From the NCBI GenBank assembly GCA_050952625.1, contig JBMNLH010000007.1, forward strand, positions 64,001 through 128,000: 64,000 nucleotides of DNA, read 5' to 3'. Position numbers and translations under genes: made by a program. This DNA comes from Bacillota bacterium. Lineage in GTDB: Bacteria > Bacillota > Ch66 > Ch109. A model generated the notes under the pieces. The model was not told the DNA's origin, did no database searches, and worked only from the letters and a program-made list of their open reading frames with translations. Positions 13,643-23,570 of this stretch are shown here, piece by piece (position 1 is the stretch's first letter; the number at the start of each line of letters is the position of its first letter).

Positions 13643-14278
13643 TTAGCCGACCGGTCGTCGAACCATTGCCCCAACCCGCCGGGTAACCATGTGCGCGAGC
13701 ACGGCACCAAACCCGGCTTTTATCAGATCAAGGCTGATAAACGGCAAAAACCCTACTTTAATAACCGCTGTCGCGGACATCGCCTTGCCCAAAAAGAAAT
13801 TAACGACTACCCACATATAAGGAAGACCTACTAAATAAATAACCATAACTCCCACGAACATCGCTAAGCCGTAACGGGCCAAACTGGGGGCTGAGCCTTG
13901 CTCAATAATTTTCCCGGTTAGGTAAGCCGCAGCAATAAACCCCAGGATAAAACCGAAGGTAGGTTGTAACAGATACATTGGGCCCCCAAAGGGCGGCTTA
14001 GAAAATACCGGAATGCCAACTAGCCCCATCAAGACATACACAAGCATACTTATCGCCCCTAGACGCCCGCCCAAGAAAGCCCCGGCTAAAAGCGACATTA
14101 AAGGCAACAAACTAAAGGGAACCAGGATGTCGCCGCCCCACTTCAGAATCAGGGCAACAATACAGGTTAATCCGGTAAACAGTCCTACCAGCACGATATC
14201 CCGCGTCCCCAGTTTCCCCCGAACCCCTTTGTTCTCCCCCGGGGGTAATCCCTGATCCAGTTGTCCCTTGCTTAGCAT
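13643..14278 (-). CDS. bioY: biotin ECF transporter S component BioY
   Basis: VPFSL, GLVGIPVF, PTFGFILGF, PFISLDLIK; ATG 14278 follows AGGAGG. Confidence 0.92.
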   Translation of the reverse strand: MLSKGQLDQGLPPGENKGVRGKLGTRDIVLVGLFTGLTCIVALILKWGGDILVPFSLLPLMSLLAGAFLGGRLGAISMLVYVLMGLVGIPVFSKPPFGGPMYLLQPTFGFILGFIAAAYLTGKIIEQGSAPSLARYGLAMFVGVMVIYLVGLPYMWVVVNFFLGKAMSATAVIKVGFLPFISLDLIKAGFGAVLAHMVTRRVGAMVRRPVG

Positions 14279-14313
14279 CAAACAAAACCTCCTGACTGGC
14301 AACTCTTGCGGCC

Positions 14314-14347
14314 ATTGTTAACCATGATTAATAATTTAGTTAACAAT
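14314..14347. promoter_or_regulatory. BirA operator (bioO)
   Basis: ATTGTTAAC-16 nt-GTTAACAAT directly upstream of bioY, matching the Firmicute BirA box. Confidence 0.85.
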
Positions 14348-14401
14348 ACCACAGGATCTTTAACCAGTCAATCGGTTTTTGCATTGCCTTTAACTAAGAG
14401 T

Positions 14402-14428
14402 GGGACACGGGGACAGGTGTACTGTCCC
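14402..14428. repeat. GGGACA...TGTCCC REP-like hairpin; similar one at 5824-5850
   Basis: gggacacggggacaggtgtactgtccc. Confidence 0.45.
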
Positions 14429-14529
14429 GGGTAGTCTACTACTCAAAATACTATCGCTTGTATTTTCACTCAGTCAGCAGGCTAGACTGGGAACGAAAAT
14501 AAATTCCGCCTTGAAAAAGCCGGGCCAGG

Positions 14530-15360
14530 TTAGGCCGGCAAGAGTTTGACCAAACCAATCTCCGGTTTGATATTAAAACGGACCGGCAGGTCGCTTTCCC
14601 CCAATCCCCCGTTAATAATCATCGTCGTTTTGCCTCTCTGATATAACCCATAATCCCATTGGGGAAACAGGCCTTGACCCGGGGCAATCAAAGCACCAAT
14701 TAACGGGAGACGGACCTGGCCGCCATGGGTATGACCGGCCAGAACCAAGTCTAGTCTTTTTTCGATCGCCTCCGGGTAGATATTTGGCGAATGAGCCAAC
14801 AAAATCTTAGGGGCTGAATCATCTACTTGTTCCAGGGCCGCGTTTAGACATGCCTTGCCTAAATGGGGATCATCCACCCCTATTATCCAAAGGCATTGGC
14901 CATTTTTTACCATTCTTACCGCTTTGTTGTCCAGAATCCGGACCCCGGCAGCGTTCAGGGACTCCCGGGCTTGAAAACCGGTCTTCCTCTCATGGTTTCC
15001 CGGCACGAAATAAACTGGCACTTTGTTTAATTGGTTAATTAAATCAATCATTGGTTTAATATCCGGCTTAAATTTATTCACAAAATCACCGGTCAAGGCA
15101 ACTAAATCATACTTCTGCTGGTTGATTAAACGAACCAGTTTGGTTTGCCTCCGGCCAAATTGCTTACTATGCAAGTCACTCAAATGAAGAATAGTCAGCC
15201 CGCTAAAATTAGCGGGAAGGTTATTAAGGCAGACCGTGTACTGTTTTACTCTAATTGAGTAACGCTCAAAACACCAAAACGCACCGATGCCGAAAACGAC
15301 AACGATCAAAAACAATAACCAATAAATGGGCTGCACCAAATTCCCCCCTGAGATTATCAA
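14530..15360 (-). CDS. metallophosphoesterase (YkuE-like) with N-terminal TM helix
   Basis: SDLH, TGD, GNHE, LLAH, GHTHGGQ. Confidence 0.92.
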   Translation of the reverse strand: MIISGGNLVQPIYWLLFLIVVVFGIGAFWCFERYSIRVKQYTVCLNNLPANFSGLTILHLSDLHSKQFGRRQTKLVRLINQQKYDLVALTGDFVNKFKPDIKPMIDLINQLNKVPVYFVPGNHERKTGFQARESLNAAGVRILDNKAVRMVKNGQCLWIIGVDDPHLGKACLNAALEQVDDSAPKILLAHSPNIYPEAIEKRLDLVLAGHTHGGQVRLPLIGALIAPGQGLFPQWDYGLYQRGKTTMIINGGLGESDLPVRFNIKPEIGLVKLLPA

Positions 15361-15487
15361 TTAGTTAGTGTCTTTTACCAATTATCCTATTTCTAGGAAC
15401 CCTTCCCGCAAAACAACATAACATAAAGGGAGAGTAAGGCTTAGAGTGTTATTTATTTACCAAAATAATCCTAAAGGAGGAATTTTT

Positions 15488-15931
15488 ATGCATCATCGGG
15501 ATTACCATTACCGATACGGTGATGAAGATAACCGGTTGATTGATGATATTGCGAAAGCCATCAACGGAGAGTATAACGCGATTGTCTTTTACGATCAACT
15601 GGCGGATATGGCCCATTCCAAAGCAGAAAAAAAGCAAATCCGGGAAATCAGGCAAGATGAGCTGCATCATTATCGGGTATTTTCGCGGATATATCAAGAA
15701 CTCACGGGCCGGCATTTCAGGCCTAAGATTACAGAATACTTTCCAAACCAGTATAAAGCAGGCTTAAAATTTGCCATAGAGGATGAGCAAGAGACGGTAG
15801 ATTTTTATTTAGACATCGCTGAAGAGGCGAGGCAACCTTACATTAAGAGGCAATTCCAACGTGCTGCGGCTGACGAGCAAAACCACGCTGTTTGGTTTTT
15901 ATATTTTTACACTAAGCTTTGCTGTGACTGA
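15488..15931 (+). CDS. ferritin-like / rubrerythrin-fold protein, possibly spore-associated
   Basis: Paired ExxH motifs (DELHH, DEQNH), GEYNAI, DEQETVDFY; RBS AAAGGAGG. Confidence 0.8.
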   Translation: MHHRDYHYRYGDEDNRLIDDIAKAINGEYNAIVFYDQLADMAHSKAEKKQIREIRQDELHHYRVFSRIYQELTGRHFRPKITEYFPNQYKAGLKFAIEDEQETVDFYLDIAEEARQPYIKRQFQRAAADEQNHAVWFLYFYTKLCCD

Positions 15932-16109
15932 GGCTTTGATACGGGCGGTTTGAATAAAGTGTCTAATGTGGGCATTAACCCTGTACGATCATTTTTTTGA
16001 GATATAAATGGGCAACCGGTTAACCCTAAACCAGCAGGTCTAACCCGATGCCCATTGGAAATTAAAGGCCTTCCTGCTCTCATTTTCCTGACCTCTCTTT
16101 CATTTTATC

Positions 16110-16318
16110 AAAATCAGAAGACTCCCACTTCTAGAAGTGGGGGTTACCTTACTTAACATAATCAGAAAGTATAAGTAGACTTTCTGATTATAAGTAAGTG
16201 CAACTAGGGCTTCCACCTGCGCCAAGGGCTTGGCGTAAGCCAAGTTTTCTTTAACTTCAGGTGGGAGCAGAATCTCCATCTAAAGCCTCCATGTTCAGCG
16301 AAGCCGAACGAATTCACT
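16110..16318. repeat. miniature element family A, full copy interrupted by a family B element
   Basis: aagactcccacttctagaagtggggg...ttaa | ttaacttcaggtgg...gttcagcgaagccgaacgaattcact. Confidence 0.8.
16157..16254. repeat. ~95-bp palindromic element family B; other copies at 25985-26084 and 54208-54305 (inverted)
   Basis: cataatcagaaagtataag..actttctgattataagtaagtgcaactagggcttcc.cctgcgccaa.ggcttggcgtaagccaagttttctttaa. Confidence 0.85.
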
Positions 16319-16353
16319 CTCCACAAAAGGATCCACCCCAAATACGACTAGGC

Positions 16354-17097
16354 TTAACGAAGAACGGGAAATCTCAGCCGATTGGCATTAATAGCTGTCT
16401 CCCCTAATTTATCAAGAAAACGATAATTTGCGTAAGCCCCTACAATCGCGCCGATGCCGGGGACAAGCTGCAACATCTTGGCGAGGTCTATATAATCTCT
16501 ATATTCTTGTTGGAAGGTCCGCCAATCAAAAGAATTGATATCCAAAGGCAGTTCGCTGACGTAGTCATCCCAATTTAGGATTTGCTGATACACCTCCAGT
16601 CTTCTCTGTTCACTGGAAAAAGCCAATTGAAAAATATGCAGGATATAGACTCTTTCCCGATAGTCCTTTACATCAAACCCATATAAACCAGCCGTATCAA
16701 AGAGAAACTTAATTTTTATGCTCAAGAGGATCGGGTAATCCGCTAAACCCAGTAGAATCCCGCCCGCCCCAGTGCCGGCTCCGCTAGTGATCGCCGCTTT
16801 TTTATAAGTGTTTAATTTTTCTCCAACCAGGCGTTCCCGCTCTTCCAAAGTTCCCTCTAGCAGTGGTTTTTGAGTAATATACTTTGAGCCAAATAAGACC
16901 GCCTTAACCATCTGCTTGATCGCTTCCGTCACTACTTCATGCACCTTTTCTGGAAGCAGGTTATTCGCTTTTGTCTGCAGCCCCTTGGCCAGCCGGCCGG
17001 TCAAAGAAGGCTTCTTGAGCATCTTTTGCCGCCATATTCTCAGCTCTTGTTTGGCTTTTTGGTCGTAGCTATTCAACTTAACCCACCCCGGAAGCAA
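16354..17097 (-). CDS. ecsC: EcsC family protein (start uncertain)
   Basis: GAGTGAGGILLGLAD, WRTFQQEYRDYID, QLVPGIGAIVGA. Confidence 0.85.
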   Translation of the reverse strand: MLPGWVKLNSYDQKAKQELRIWRQKMLKKPSLTGRLAKGLQTKANNLLPEKVHEVVTEAIKQMVKAVLFGSKYITQKPLLEGTLEERERLVGEKLNTYKKAAITSGAGTGAGGILLGLADYPILLSIKIKFLFDTAGLYGFDVKDYRERVYILHIFQLAFSSEQRRLEVYQQILNWDDYVSELPLDINSFDWRTFQQEYRDYIDLAKMLQLVPGIGAIVGAYANYRFLDKLGETAINANRLRFPVLR

Positions 17098-17151
17098 ATA
17101 TATTTCTATCCTAAAAAGAAATTAAATATTCCATCTCCTTTGGTTTTATCT

Positions 17152-17218
17152 AAATCAAAAGACTCCCCATTCTGACCATTCTGAAGCCTCAATGTTCAGC
17201 GAAGCTGAACGAGTTACT
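17152..17218. repeat. miniature element family A, internally deleted copy
   Basis: aaatcaaaagactcccc...ctgaagcctcaatgttcagcgaagctgaacgagttact. Confidence 0.75.
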
Positions 17219-17234
17219 GATTAGACCTAAGAAG

Positions 17235-17867
17235 CTACATGGGTAGAACAAAGCATAACATCATGACATAGTGGAAAACTGACCCGAGTGAAACAAACAG
17301 ATGAAAAATTTCGTGGAAGCCGAATTTATTAGGAAAGAAATTAAAAATTTTAGTGCTGTAAATAACCCCACCGACTGTATAGGCCACTCCACCCAGGAAC
17401 ATTAAGATAATCGCCCCCATTGGCAGGTTCTGCACTAGTTTAAAAAGCGGAATAAGCGCCAACCACCCTAGTGAGATGTAAAACGCCGTCGAAACTGACC
17501 GGTGAATATCGATCAAGAACACCTTCATTATAATGCCAATTAAGGATAGTGCCCAAATAGAACATAACATGGCCCATCTCCAGATACCATCTAACCCATA
17601 GTATAAAACCGGGGTATAGGTGCCAGCAATTAACAAAAATATTGATATATGATCAAGCTTCCTTAACACGCGTTCTTTTTGCGGGGTAGTCTTAACCCAG
17701 TGATAAATCGTACTAGTGCCATACAAAATTATGACGCTTACTCCGAAAACCATCATGGTTATGAACTTTGAGGTATTACCGCGAGACAGAATAATCAAAA
17801 ATACTAACCCGACCAGACCAGCTAAAAAGGTAATAAAATGAGTCCAGGTGTTGACTGGTTCCTTCAT
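17235..17867 (-). CDS. hemolysin III / PAQR family membrane protein
   Basis: EPVNTWTH, STIYH, KLDHISIFLLIAGTYTP, FHEIFHLFV. Confidence 0.93.
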   Translation of the reverse strand: MKEPVNTWTHFITFLAGLVGLVFLIILSRGNTSKFITMMVFGVSVIILYGTSTIYHWVKTTPQKERVLRKLDHISIFLLIAGTYTPVLYYGLDGIWRWAMLCSIWALSLIGIIMKVFLIDIHRSVSTAFYISLGWLALIPLFKLVQNLPMGAIILMFLGGVAYTVGGVIYSTKIFNFFPNKFGFHEIFHLFVSLGSVFHYVMMLCFVLPM

Positions 17868-17926
17868 TACGCTGCCCTCTTTCCTTTACCTTCTTTAATT
17901 TAATTAGGAAAGTAGTATTAATACCG

Positions 17927-18006
17927 TGTCATTCTGAGCCGAGCGAAGAATCAAGAATCCTTTCCACGTTGAGAAGTCAGATCCTTCACTAACGCTCAGG
18001 ATGACA
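17927..18006. repeat. ~75-bp palindromic repeat family C; other copies at 38266-38336 and 47296-47366
   Basis: gtcattctgagcgaagcgaagaatc...gatccttcgc..acgctcaggatgac. Confidence 0.85.
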
Positions 18007-18149
18007 TATGCCGCTATTTTCATCGGTGATTGTGCTCCACAGGCATGGATGGTTAACATGGAATTTACTCATAACGTTAATATCAATAGTCTACCCATTC
18101 AAAAAAGGATCAGATACTGAGGCTATTATCCAACTTTTTTCATCAAAGT

Positions 18150-18391
18150 ATTTCAGGGTGCGGCAATTGATGGATCGGCATTACGGCCAGCTTACCCCAC
18201 AGTTAATGATGGAGTTTTTGGCGGACCATAATAACCACCCGACCGGGATCTGTCGACATTATGACTCGGAAACCCCCCGCTTATTCAACGCGGAAACATT
18301 AGCCTCATTCATTATGGTTCCGGCGGAAGGAAAAATGTATCTGACTAATGGTACGCCCTGTAAATCTGAATACTTAGAATATAGCATTTGA
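18150..18391 (+). pseudogene. C-terminal fragment of a C45-family peptidase/acyltransferase
   Basis: LADHNNHPTGICRH...TLASFIM...GTPC; the ORF 5' end is made of repeat C/D sequence. Confidence 0.6.
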
Positions 18392-18553
18392 GGAGAAACT
18401 GAGTCCAATTACTGATGATTATTCGTATCTCTATTAAGTTTGATCATATCCGGGCTTGGCAGGGATTAATCCCAACCGAGCCTTTATTTTTTACCGTTTG
18501 AAATTATTTGAAAATATTATAACATACTATTCTTAAAACTGTATATTTTGGTA

Positions 18554-19297
18554 TTAACCAGCAACCCCCGTATACAAGAAATAACCCCCCAGACCAATTA
18601 GAAATAAGCCACAAAGAATTAAAATACCTCGATAAACACGGTCGCTTAAAAACTTTCGGCTACCGGCCACCACTGCCGCAACCAGGCAGTACCAAACCAG
18701 ATCAGCTAGGATATGGCCGGTATAAAAAGCACCTAAACCGGTAGTGCCCAACTTCAATGATAAATTAATGTACCCGAGGCCAACCGTCGCCCACCAGAGG
18801 ATAACAAAAGGGTTCGCTAGGCTGATGAACAACCCAGCCAATACTGGGCCAAAGTAGTTACCGAAAAATTTGTCTATTATTGCCTGCTTCGGTTTGGCTG
18901 AATTAGTTTCCGTAACCCCCACTAGCTGACTGCTTACCTGCTGGTTAGACTGTGTTGCTTGACCAACTGGCCGACCCGACTCGTTAGTTAGGGAGAGCGA
19001 TACTCGCCCGGTCGCTGCATCTCTAGTCATGCCGTAACCCAAGTACAGCAGGAATCCACCCCCTAGAATAGAGATCACCTGGGAAACAGTGGCATTAGTC
19101 ATATAAGCAGCCAGACCCCCGACTAGGATTAAGATAAAAACAAGCTCCAGCAAGGCATGGCCGAGGACAATCATGGGACCCGCAATAAAACCGCGCCGGG
19201 CTGTCTCGCTGATGGTTACGGTCAGCAATGGGCCGGGCATCATTGCTCCGGAAAAACCGATAATAAAAGCAGTTACAAAAATACCGGTCAGACTCAA
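18554..19297 (-). CDS. LysE family amino acid exporter
   Basis: GFSGAMMPGPLLT, GHALLE, SLANPF..WW, GHILADLVW. Confidence 0.9.
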   Translation of the reverse strand: MSLTGIFVTAFIIGFSGAMMPGPLLTVTISETARRGFIAGPMIVLGHALLELVFILILVGGLAAYMTNATVSQVISILGGGFLLYLGYGMTRDAATGRVSLSLTNESGRPVGQATQSNQQVSSQLVGVTETNSAKPKQAIIDKFFGNYFGPVLAGLFISLANPFVILWWATVGLGYINLSLKLGTTGLGAFYTGHILADLVWYCLVAAVVAGSRKFLSDRVYRGILILCGLFLIGLGGYFLYTGVAG

Positions 19298-19329
19298 AGA
19301 ATCCTACCCCCCTATAACTAAATTTAAAT

Positions 19330-20334
19330 CTATCTAAATTCTGAGAATGAAGAGTCTAGGTTTAAGTGATTTGTTAATTTTAGCCGTGATTTATCCGCCT
19401 CTTTATCATAATTAGTCACCGGATAAGACCCTAACATTTTGCACCACACCGCCTGGCTTGTCAATCTTTCGAGAGCTTCCGTTATCCGCGGTTCTCGACG
19501 ATGCCCTTCTAGATCGACCAAAAACCAATAATCTCCAAGTCCTCGTTTGCTGGGCCGGCTTTCAATTCGGCCAAGATTAATCCCAGCCGCGGCAAATACA
19601 GACAGGACCTCCAGGAGACTGCCTGGTCGATGCGGCAAAGCAAAAACCAATGAGGTTTTATCATGGCCGGTGGCCGGGGCATCCTCCTGGCCAACGACCA
19701 CGAAGCGAGTATAGTTAGCGGCAGTATCGCTGATGTTTTCCGCTAGAATATCTAATCCGTAAATCTCAGCCGCCCGGACAGAAGCAATGGCCGCCCAATT
19801 GTTGCCATTTTTAGGGTAAAGGCTTAAATCAAAGGACCCCATCCCGGCATTGACCGGCCGCTTCCGCTCAACGTTAGCCACTATTTGAGCTGCTTCGGCG
19901 GTACTGCTGGCCGGGATCCACCTGGCACCAGGCAGGTTTTGAGCCAGATAACGCTGACATTGAGATAAAGCCTGAGGATGCGAGATAACTACCTCTATTT
20001 TTGCCAAATCAGCTCCCGGTGGTACCAACAAACAGTGTTTAATCGGCAGGACTAACTCTGCTCTGATGAGGAGACTGACCTCATTGGCCAAAAGATCGAC
20101 CGTTGCGTTGACTGTCCCTTCAATAGAGTTTTCCAGCGGCACCACGCCTTGGGTAACTACTTTATTTTCGACCGCCAACATCACTTCTCTAATACTAGAA
20201 AAAGACTGTTTGTCGACTTGACCTCTCATATACCTATTAGCGGCATCTTCACAATGAGTGCCGGTTGGTCCAAGATAACCCAAGGTAGCAGCATGTTCCT
20301 GGGATCTATCCATTGCTGCCTCTGCTGCCTCCAT
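19330..20334 (-). CDS. pheA: prephenate dehydratase with ACT domain (no chorismate mutase domain)
   Basis: LGPTGT, PLENSIEG, SHPQALSQC, NYTRF, IESRP. Confidence 0.95.
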   Translation of the reverse strand: MEAAEAAMDRSQEHAATLGYLGPTGTHCEDAANRYMRGQVDKQSFSSIREVMLAVENKVVTQGVVPLENSIEGTVNATVDLLANEVSLLIRAELVLPIKHCLLVPPGADLAKIEVVISHPQALSQCQRYLAQNLPGARWIPASSTAEAAQIVANVERKRPVNAGMGSFDLSLYPKNGNNWAAIASVRAAEIYGLDILAENISDTAANYTRFVVVGQEDAPATGHDKTSLVFALPHRPGSLLEVLSVFAAAGINLGRIESRPSKRGLGDYWFLVDLEGHRREPRITEALERLTSQAVWCKMLGSYPVTNYDKEADKSRLKLTNHLNLDSSFSEFR

Positions 20335-20478
20335 AATTAATGCACCCTCCAAAATATCAAGCTATGATTATATTAAAGCTTACAACTTATAGCTGATCGT
20401 GTAGTTTGTTTCTTATAACCATATGGGGATTGCCCGGCTGTATTAATCTCTTTTTTTCTTCAACAATCTATCGCCGGG

Positions 20479-21543
20479 CTAGGCCGGCTGCCACTGACGC
20501 AACCTCATCTTTCTTCCCACAACACCAGTCAGCGGAGTCAAGCTTTCGATAAGCCTAACAAATTTAGTCGGATTCAAAGACTGCGGGCCGTCGGATAAAG
20601 CCTTGGCCGGATCCGGATGGACTTCAACCATCAAGCCGTCTGCTCCTGAGGCAATCGCGGCTAAGGCCATCGGTTGGACCAACCGCCATTTACCAGTCGC
20701 ATGACTAGGATCAACGATAACCGGCAAATGACTAAGCTGCTTAACCACTGGTATCGCACTTAAATCCAAGGTATTGCGGGTATAGGTTTCAAAGGTGCGG
20801 ATTCCTCGTTCACATAAAATCACCTGGGGATTTCCTTCCGCGACAATATATTCAGCAGCCATCAACCATTCTTCAATCGTACTGGCCAATCCTCGTTTTA
20901 GCAACACCGGTTTGTTGATTCTCCCCACCCGTCGGAGCAGGGCAAAGTTTTGCATATTACGGGCCCCTATTTGCAGTAAATCCGTGTATTGGGCAACTAC
21001 CTCCACATCTTCGGAGTTAATGACCTCCGAGACTACCGGCAACCCCACCTTTTGGCCGGCCTCCGCCAGCAACTGGAGCCCTTCTTCGGCCAGACCTTGG
21101 AAAGTGTAGGGAGAGGTACGGGGCTTGAAGGCTCCGCCGCGCAGGATCTGACCGCCGATTGACTTGATAAGCTGGGCCGCACTCAGAATCTGTTCACGGT
21201 TTTCCACCGCGCAAGGGCCAGCCACCACCACAATTTCCTCGCCACCGACTGGGATTCCCTCAGATTCCTGGTTCCTACCCACCCAAACTACTGTATCTTC
21301 GGGCTTGAACTCCCGACTGACTAGTTTGAAAGGATGACGGACCGGTAATATCTTTTCCACGGCGGGCATGGTCTCCAAGCTCTCCTTCCCATTGAGCTTA
21401 CCCTGCCCGACCGCCCCAATTACCAGTCGCTCCACCCCGCGGATTAGATGATGCTGATAACCCATTTTCTCCAAACGTTGACACACCGCCGTCAATTGCT
21501 CTTCACTGGCCTCTAACTTCATCACAATGATCACTTTTCTCAC
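20479..21543 (-). CDS. aroF: DAHP synthase type I-beta with N-terminal ferredoxin-like regulatory domain
   Basis: AGPCAVE, GGAFKPRTSPY, IGARNMQN, LCERGIRTFE, DPSH. Confidence 0.96.
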   Translation of the reverse strand: MRKVIIVMKLEASEEQLTAVCQRLEKMGYQHHLIRGVERLVIGAVGQGKLNGKESLETMPAVEKILPVRHPFKLVSREFKPEDTVVWVGRNQESEGIPVGGEEIVVVAGPCAVENREQILSAAQLIKSIGGQILRGGAFKPRTSPYTFQGLAEEGLQLLAEAGQKVGLPVVSEVINSEDVEVVAQYTDLLQIGARNMQNFALLRRVGRINKPVLLKRGLASTIEEWLMAAEYIVAEGNPQVILCERGIRTFETYTRNTLDLSAIPVVKQLSHLPVIVDPSHATGKWRLVQPMALAAIASGADGLMVEVHPDPAKALSDGPQSLNPTKFVRLIESLTPLTGVVGRKMRLRQWQPA

Positions 21544-21585
21544 TCCTTTAAATTATTTGGGGTCGGGCGATTATTTTAGGCTTGC

Positions 21586-21680
21586 CTTTCCAATCCACTA
21601 TAGTGAAAAAGAGACATTGAACATTGGTATACTGCGAAGCTGCGTGCAGGGCTTTCCAATCACTATAGTGAAAAAGCAAC
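21586..21680 (-). CRISPR. orphan CRISPR-like mini-array (2 repeats, one 36-nt spacer)
   Basis: ctttccaatccactatagtgaaaaagagac (30 bp), 36 nt, ctttccaatcactatagtgaaaaagcaac (29 bp); minus-strand repeats start GT and end ATTGGAAAG; no cas genes in window. Confidence 0.55.
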
Positions 21681-21762
21681 CGACTAAAAGAAGACAAATG
21701 TTGGTAATGTCCCGGTCGCCAATTTAACTAGCCAAAAGGAAAAGCACATTAGATTTAGAAAC

Positions 21763-22194
21763 AAAAAAGTCCGCAACCATCATCCTTCAACAAAGGACGA
21801 AAGTAACGGACTTCCGTGGTACCACCTTACTTGATTGCCGATAAATAAGTTAACCTTGATTGAGGTTGTTCCGCCAAATAAAAAAAGCTTCTCCGTCCTG
21901 GGGACGAGAAACTTTGTCTCCGTGGTACCACCCCAATAAGTCACCTTTCCCGGCAACCCACTCTACCCGGTACGGAATGAGTAGAACCATTAGCTTGCCT
22001 CATTCGATACCTGCTTCCTTTTAACGGTGGAAGTCTCCGGGGAGATCTACTTTCCGAACTGGATTCAATCACCAGATCGGTTTCAATCACCAGCTCAAGA
22101 GGGAACTTCAAATAGGTCGGCAATAGAACTGCTTCCAGTCTGCGACAGTTCCTCCCTGCAATGCCTTACTATCCTACTTTCCTCTATCATGGCC
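21763..22194 (-). promoter_or_regulatory. T-box riboswitch, Phe (UUC) specifier, with two antiterminator/terminator units
   Basis: Stem I with GAAG-TTC specifier at 22105-22103; GGTGGTACCACGG at 21920-21934 and again at 21814-21828, each followed by a hairpin and U-tract. Confidence 0.9.
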
Positions 22195-22217
22195 ATTATC
22201 ATTATTTTGGTTGCTTA

Positions 22218-22246
22218 AGTATAGCATTCCTTTTCGGGTAATGCAA
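22218..22246 (-). promoter_or_regulatory. sigmaA promoter of the T-box/aroF-pheA operon
   Basis: TTGCAT-17 nt-TATACT with extended TG. Confidence 0.7.
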
Positions 22247-22295
22247 TATGTATTACTCAATTGAATAACATTAAATTTTTTATAATTGACTAAAA

Positions 22296-23129
22296 TTAAT
22301 GATCTTCCAGACGCGGTTTAATCCCTAACAGCGAGGCAGCGTTTAACCCTAAAATCTTGTCTTTGGTCTCTGGTTTTAAATTTAATTTCCTAATTTCATT
22401 TATGGTATAGGTAAAACCTGGCCCGGCCGGCCAATCGGTGCCAAACAGAATTTTGTCGGCATTTTTTTCGAGGTTTGGAAAATAGGTTAACAGATTCCGC
22501 GGCGGCAGGCCGGTTATTTCCATATATACATTGGGATGAAAACTAGCTAGGAAAAAACAGGCATCATACCAGAAGCCCCGGCCGCTGTGGGCCATAATAA
22601 TCTTAGTATTTTTAAAGTCTCGTGCTACGTCATCAAGGTAAATCGGGTCCCCGTACTTCAGCCGAGTTTCCGGAAAGATGGAAGAGCCAATGTGGTACAT
22701 CATAGGCAGATTTAACTCCTGAGCCGCATCATAAAAAGGATACAGCTTATTTTCATTGGGGTAGAAATGGTGATAGGTTGGTAAAAACTTTAGACCTCGG
22801 TACCCCTGTTTGACCCTTTTTTCGATTTCCCGAGCCGGGTAAGCTACCAGATGGGGATTTAGATTGGCATAAGGGATAAAACGGTCGCTTACTGAACAAA
22901 AGTCAGCCGCCCAGTCTAAAGCAAAGTAATCGACCACAATCACTGCATAATCTAACCCGGCCTCATCCATAAGCTGCAAAAGAAGATCCGGCTCTATCTC
23001 CCCGTTGCTTCCTTTGGTCCGGTCAAGTCCATTTTGTTCACTAAACGTTGCGACCAGATCCAATACCCAGGGCATATATTCTTGCCAATGCTTTAATCCA
23101 CCGATGTGCACATGAAAGTCGATAAGCAT
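22296..23129 (-). CDS. amidohydrolase_2 family metallohydrolase
   Basis: IDFHVH, GLK, YHIG, MAHSG, LFGTDWP. Confidence 0.9.
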   Translation of the reverse strand: MLIDFHVHIGGLKHWQEYMPWVLDLVATFSEQNGLDRTKGSNGEIEPDLLLQLMDEAGLDYAVIVVDYFALDWAADFCSVSDRFIPYANLNPHLVAYPAREIEKRVKQGYRGLKFLPTYHHFYPNENKLYPFYDAAQELNLPMMYHIGSSIFPETRLKYGDPIYLDDVARDFKNTKIIMAHSGRGFWYDACFFLASFHPNVYMEITGLPPRNLLTYFPNLEKNADKILFGTDWPAGPGFTYTINEIRKLNLKPETKDKILGLNAASLLGIKPRLEDH

Positions 23130-23570
23130 TTTTGCTCCTTGTAAAATTACACCTATTCAAGAAATCTTCGTAACAATATATGTAGGTAATTAAATCATTG
23201 AGAGTTTTCTAAGGACTTTCCAATATATACATTATATTCCTTAAAACAGCCATAATCAAGAAAAGAACGCCAAAATTCAAATCGGCGCTTCTTTCCCTTG
23301 TTTATGAAATATCACCTTTAACATTTAGTCCCACAAAATAGTTCAACTGAAACATCTATCTACTGGCCACTTTGTATATAGGTCAGCCTCTTTCCAATTT
23401 TAAAATTTTATGGAATTAAGCCGGGCTATTAATCTTTGGCTCTTATAATCCTGATTATGCTGTAATATGACTGAAATTTTTGAAATATCGTTGTAAAAAC
23501 CTGGTTGACTTTTGACCCTTAGCTGAAATATAATTAAACTGAACGTACGTACACTCGGAGGTATTAGCCA

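Noticed and set aside
18008-18149. N-terminus of the 127-aa ORF
   Set aside because: Starts within repeat C/D sequence with no RBS; only the downstream peptidase fragment is credible
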